Origin: Ancylonema sp.
Taxonomy: Eukaryota
NCBI GenBank assembly: GCA_050230475.1
Contig: JBFLGF010000153.1
Location: 55,137 to 75,136, forward strand
DNA: 20,000 nucleotides
Direction: 5' to 3'
Shown: positions 15,188 through 20,000 of the stretch, piece after piece
How positions within the stretch are numbered: the first letter of the stretch is position 1
How the letters are laid out: every line of letters begins with the position of its first letter
Made by a program: the position numbers and the translations under genes
Notes under the pieces: generated by a model
Databases searched by the model: none
Told to the model about the DNA's origin: nothing
Seen by the model: only the letters and a program-made list of their open reading frames with translations

Positions 15188-16069
15188 GGTGGTGGTCGAA
15201 TCTGACAAAGCCGACATGGACGTCGAGACTTTTTATGATGGCATCTTAGTCGCCATTATGGTCGGCGAGGGTGAGGTGAGACAGAATAATGACAGGAATG
15301 TGTGATCACTCAAATACCTCTCCCTTGTCAAAATGATGGAGAGGGGATGCCTCGATAAGAGGCAGGTGCACTACACTCGGCTTTCCGGCTTTACGCATGG
15401 GACTTGTGGAAATATGTCGAGGTGCCGCTTTTCATACTCTGTGGCGCAACAGGAATCTCCATTCGCTGTGAAAGCCAATACAGTGTCGGTATATCTTGCA
15501 CGGATATTCTGATAGACGTGTACTATCCTCTTGTCTGAAATATTCAGAGGCGGATGTAAATGCAGTCGAGTTTCTGCCGTGGAAACTGAAAGGGGCGGGC
15601 TCCTGTATGACTGCATCCTGCAGCTGGAGCTGCTGTGTGTGCAGCTCTAGTGCGAATCTCTGTAAAATAGCCACCGTGGTTGGGAGGGCTTGAAGTGAAC
15701 TGAGGCTGCTCTGATGGCTTTGATGGGCAATGTGCAAATGGCAGGTGGCTGCAGTTGGAGCAGCCATCGCAATTCTGGCTGAGACTGCCGAGGAGGTGGA
15801 TGAGGCGAAGGCAAGAGCAGCGAGTTCCAATGGGGGTGCGGCCTCATCTGCTCCGCCCGCTGGCCCCGCCCCCGTTGCCGAGGCTCCACCTCCACCTCCT
15901 CCAGCTGCTGCAGCCCCCTCTCCTCCCCCTCCCGCTCAGTTGAGTGCTGCCCCAGTCGTTTCCTCTCACCCAGCTGCGGAGGGAGGAAGGATTGTGGCCA
16001 CACCATACGCAAAGAAGCTCGCAAAACAGTTCAAGGTACGCATCCTCCATACAGATCCTCAGGTCTACA

Positions 16070-16157
16070 TGCACACATGCACACATGCACACATGCACAC
16101 ATGCACACATGCACACATGCACACATGCACACATGCACACATGCACACATGCACACA
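16070..16157. repeat. (TGCACACA) x11
   Basis: Directly visible. Confidence 0.95.
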
Positions 16158-16809
16158 CCACCCTGACATGCCAGCTGTGTTGCGTGTTGGCCAGGTGGAC
16201 TTGGCCACGGTAGCTGGATCTGGACCTGCAGGTCGACTTGTGGCGTCTGATGTGGAAGCAGCCGCTGGCAAGGCCCCTGCACCGCCCGCTGCAGTGGCTG
16301 CAACGCCCCTGGCCGCCCCAGCCCCCGCTGCTGCCAAGGCAGCTTTAGCGGGGCCAGGCATTGTGCCGTTCACGGGCATGCAGACAGCCGTGACAAAGAA
16401 CATGGAGGCCAGTCTTGCTGTGCCTGTCTTCCATGTGGGTTACACCATCACCACAGATGCCTTCGATGGTCTGTACAAGCAGGTGGGAGGCGCTTGTGTG
16501 AACCTCTTACTGGAGCTGGTGTGTGTGAAGCACTCAATGAGCACTTGTGCCTTCCCTTTTTTTTCCAGATCAAGAGCAAGGGCGTCACCATGTCTGCTCT
16601 GCTGGCCAAGGCTGTGGCAATGGCTCTCGCTAAGCACCCGGCTATGAACGCGTCATGCAAAGACGGCAAAAGCTTTACGTACAACAGCAGTGTGAACGTT
16701 GCCGTGGCAGTGGCCATGGATGGCGGTCTCCTCACCCCAGTCCTGCCAGATGCGGATAAGGTGAGGCTGAAATGAATGGGGATGACTGGACAAGACTGTC
16801 CCTCGACGG

Positions 16810-17168
<359 letters not shown>

Positions 17169-19658
17169 TGCACCTAGCTAGCCAGAGCAATTTTTGTGGA
17201 TGAGAGTTTTGTACAGAACATGCGAACGATCTGTGCAAGATTTGGGGGAAGGTGTGTCAAGGGACACTACGCAAAGAAATATTGTTAGAGAATCGTAATT
17301 TCGACTCCCGCCTATGAATGAGCAGCTTTCAGCTGAGTGGTGGGCATTCCGAACTCGGCCCGTGTGCAGATGGACATCTACAGCCTGTCGAGGAAGTGGA
17401 AGGAGCTCGTGGACAAGGCCAGGGCCAAGCAGCTCTCTCCCGCAGAGTACTCCACCGGTATGTCAGCACCCACAAGGCTATGGGTTTGTCAGCAGACTCG
17501 GACCTCTGCCGTCTTACATGGCCATCGTGGTGGGATGCTGCAGGCACCTTCACCATCTCAAACCTGGGGATGTTTGGAGTAGATCGATTTGATGCGATTC
17601 TGCCACCTGGCACGGTACGTGCTTGAGCTGGATGGGCTGCGGCTGCACTAGTATGTAAGATCATGCAATGCATATAATTGACGCAGCTCAAAGCACACAT
17701 GACAAGGTGCAGCAGGTGGGGAGACTGAGTGAAAAGGAAGAAATAAGGAGCGGCATGATGGTACACAGTAGCCACAGATCCCCCCAAAATGGATGCAGAA
17801 ACTTTAGTGTGGCCCTTAAAAAGCTGCCTAGAGCTTCACCACAACTGACACACCCTTCTGATTCATGGCTCCCTCCATCTAAACCTAAACTAGGCCTGAA
17901 TGCACGTGGCATGCAAACCATGTTTGAGACATCGATTGCATCTTGGACATGCTCTCGCTGGCCTCAGGCTGGATGGTGCTGTGAAGCCCATGAAGCTGAC
18001 AACATCCGGTACAGCAGTTTCTGGGGCAGGGGGAGGGGCCTGACTGAGGGTTTTGGAATGTGGATGGGGCAGGGGGCCATCATGGCTGTAGGGGCATCAC
18101 AGCCCACTGTGGTGGCCACAAATGACGGCCTCTTTGGGGTGAAGAGACAGATGCAGGTAGGGACGATAAGCTGGCAGTCAAAGCCATGGATATGACAAAT
18201 GCAGGTGCTGTTGTGCTGAGGCTTGTCTGTCTCCTGGTGTGTGGCCGGTGATAACAGAGAAGACGGACCTCACCTTGTTCAACAGAACTCATCGCACATG
18301 TCTTGTGAGGCTAGAGCTGCCATGTCATGATCTGAAGGCATGCAACAGTGTGCAGCTGATCACTGATCACTGATTGTGATGCTTTCAGGTGAATGTCACA
18401 GCAGATCATCGCATCATCTACGGGGCTGACGTCGCCGAATTCCTGAAGACACTAGCAGAGATCATCGAGAACCCTCACCAGCTTACCCTTTAATGATGAA
18501 GAAGTTCCTCTATGCTATGGACTTCGCTCTACCTCCCAGCATGTCAAGCGAGTTATTATGTCACTTTTTTGCATCTAGATGGGCAACTGCACGTGGTTCG
18601 AAAGAAAACGAAAGCTGTATGTAGATCGACTTCCGTAGTTTGTTTGCAGTTGTCTGTTCCCCACACCCCGAGGGCGGTGTAAGGAACAAGATGCAATAGC
18701 TGCCCAGTTCTTGCAATCCTTCTTTATAAATAAATCAAAGCCTGCTGTCTACCTTGCTTATCATTTTTGACTGTACACAGGTTCGGGTAGTCCTTTTGTT
18801 GTCTCTTTCTCTTTCTTTGGTCACTCTTCATGGCATTGCTCTGATCACGACAGTGGAGACTTCCATAAGGCATGAAGGCCAGACAACTCAGGAGGTTTAA
18901 TAAACGCAGCCGATGAGTAAGGGCAAGTTTCGTTTTTTATCCTACAATGTGAATTGATGCTGTTGAATGGCCCACTACATGATGAGCAGGAATGGACTGG
19001 CATACGAAGACCAAATTGACTTATGAAGACTGTGCGTGCAGCTCACCGTCACAACCACAGTTTACAGAGAGCTGCTGCACAAAGATCGAGCTCCACAATG
19101 ACGAATCTGAATAAGGCAGACTACACGTGTACATATTGGCATGTCCAAGTATGAATGACTACGTAGTACCTCTGTTCGTACATGTTCATCCCCACACACA
19201 AGACGATCCAGCCATCATCATTTGTTTATATAGCAGCGGACAAGCGAGACTGCCTGAAACACTGTCCCGCAGGCACCCCAACCAAATCAGTTGGTGATTG
19301 GGAGAGAAGAATACGTCACTGTTATCCCATGAGCATATGGCTACTTCCGATATCACTGTCTCTCACAGAGGTATTTGTATGCACATGAAATGATACTTGA
19401 CATGGAAGACGTAGTGGAGCAGCTGACCTATGACCCTAAAAAAATTGTCCGTAAAAAATCTTCACCCTCTTCTTCGCCTAGCTCGACCATCTTCCATCGA
19501 TTGATTGCCATGACAGTAGGTCCAACGGATCGGTTGTCTGGACACTATTATAATTAATTCTCCCTTCCCAGGCTGGTGTCACCTTCAACAAGAATGGTAA
19601 CGGATTGCCGTCTACAATCACTTCAGCAGCCTCGTGGTGGATAGCAACAGGATAGCAA

Positions 19659-20000
19659 TTAGTAGACTGGGCCAATAGCCTCTGCTCCAGCGGATATGAC
19701 ATGCTTGGACCACACGTATAATTGAAGGCATGGTTTAGACGTTGCAGCCACCTCCTGGATCTTTAGTGCATCAAGAACCTCCACAGCCCTTTGAAGACGA
19801 GTGCAGATTGGAGTAGAGGGCATGCGCCTGGAGCTCTTTGGAGTTTTACTGTGAATTTGTCTGGAGGTGGAGTCGATAAGAATGCCTGGAACCTCTCGCA
19901 TATACGAAGATGTTTGCAATCTGGTCGGCGTGAATAATCTCTCTTTCCAAGGCACACAAAGGTCATCAGGGTGGCTCATCAATGCTGCCTTGGAAGCGAA
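19659..20000 (-). CDS. Duplicate of the last exon (3' part) of the dynein-MTBD-like gene; continues beyond the window
   Basis: Same sequence as 12098-12439 (..EVAATSKPCLQLYVWSKHVISAGAEAIGPVY*). Confidence 0.55.
   Translation of the reverse strand, partial: FASKAALMSHPDDLCVPWKERLFTPTRLQTSSYMREVPGILIDSTSRQIHSKTPKSSRRMPSTPICTRLQRAVEVLDALKIQEVAATSKPCLQLYVWSKHVISAGAEAIGPVY

Overview
Eukaryotic, intron-rich green-plant DNA (probably a streptophyte alga or non-seed land plant; the species cannot be fixed from the sequence). It holds four spliced genes: plastid ClpP4 (minus strand, running off the left edge), an uncharacterised probably plastid-targeted gene with two GC-AG introns (minus, 3884-6039), a complete 10-exon plastid pyruvate dehydrogenase E2/LTA2-type gene (plus, 6891-10932), and a gene ending in a dynein microtubule-binding-domain-like module (minus, 12098-13912). 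From 14130 to the end the window is near-identical re-copies of 8468-~9560 and 7619-12439, joined at an (ATT)n tract; this is most likely an assembly or haplotype artefact, or else a very recent duplication. The main discovery is that ClpP4 looks chimeric. Its 5' flank, both transit-peptide exons and intron 1 are a diverged inverted copy of the 5' end of the neighbouring E2 gene, including a remnant of the lipoyl-domain start (AKIREIF -> AKSRDIF). This copy splices in frame onto the ClpP core through a new donor site. All exon models were built by hand and lack transcript support.
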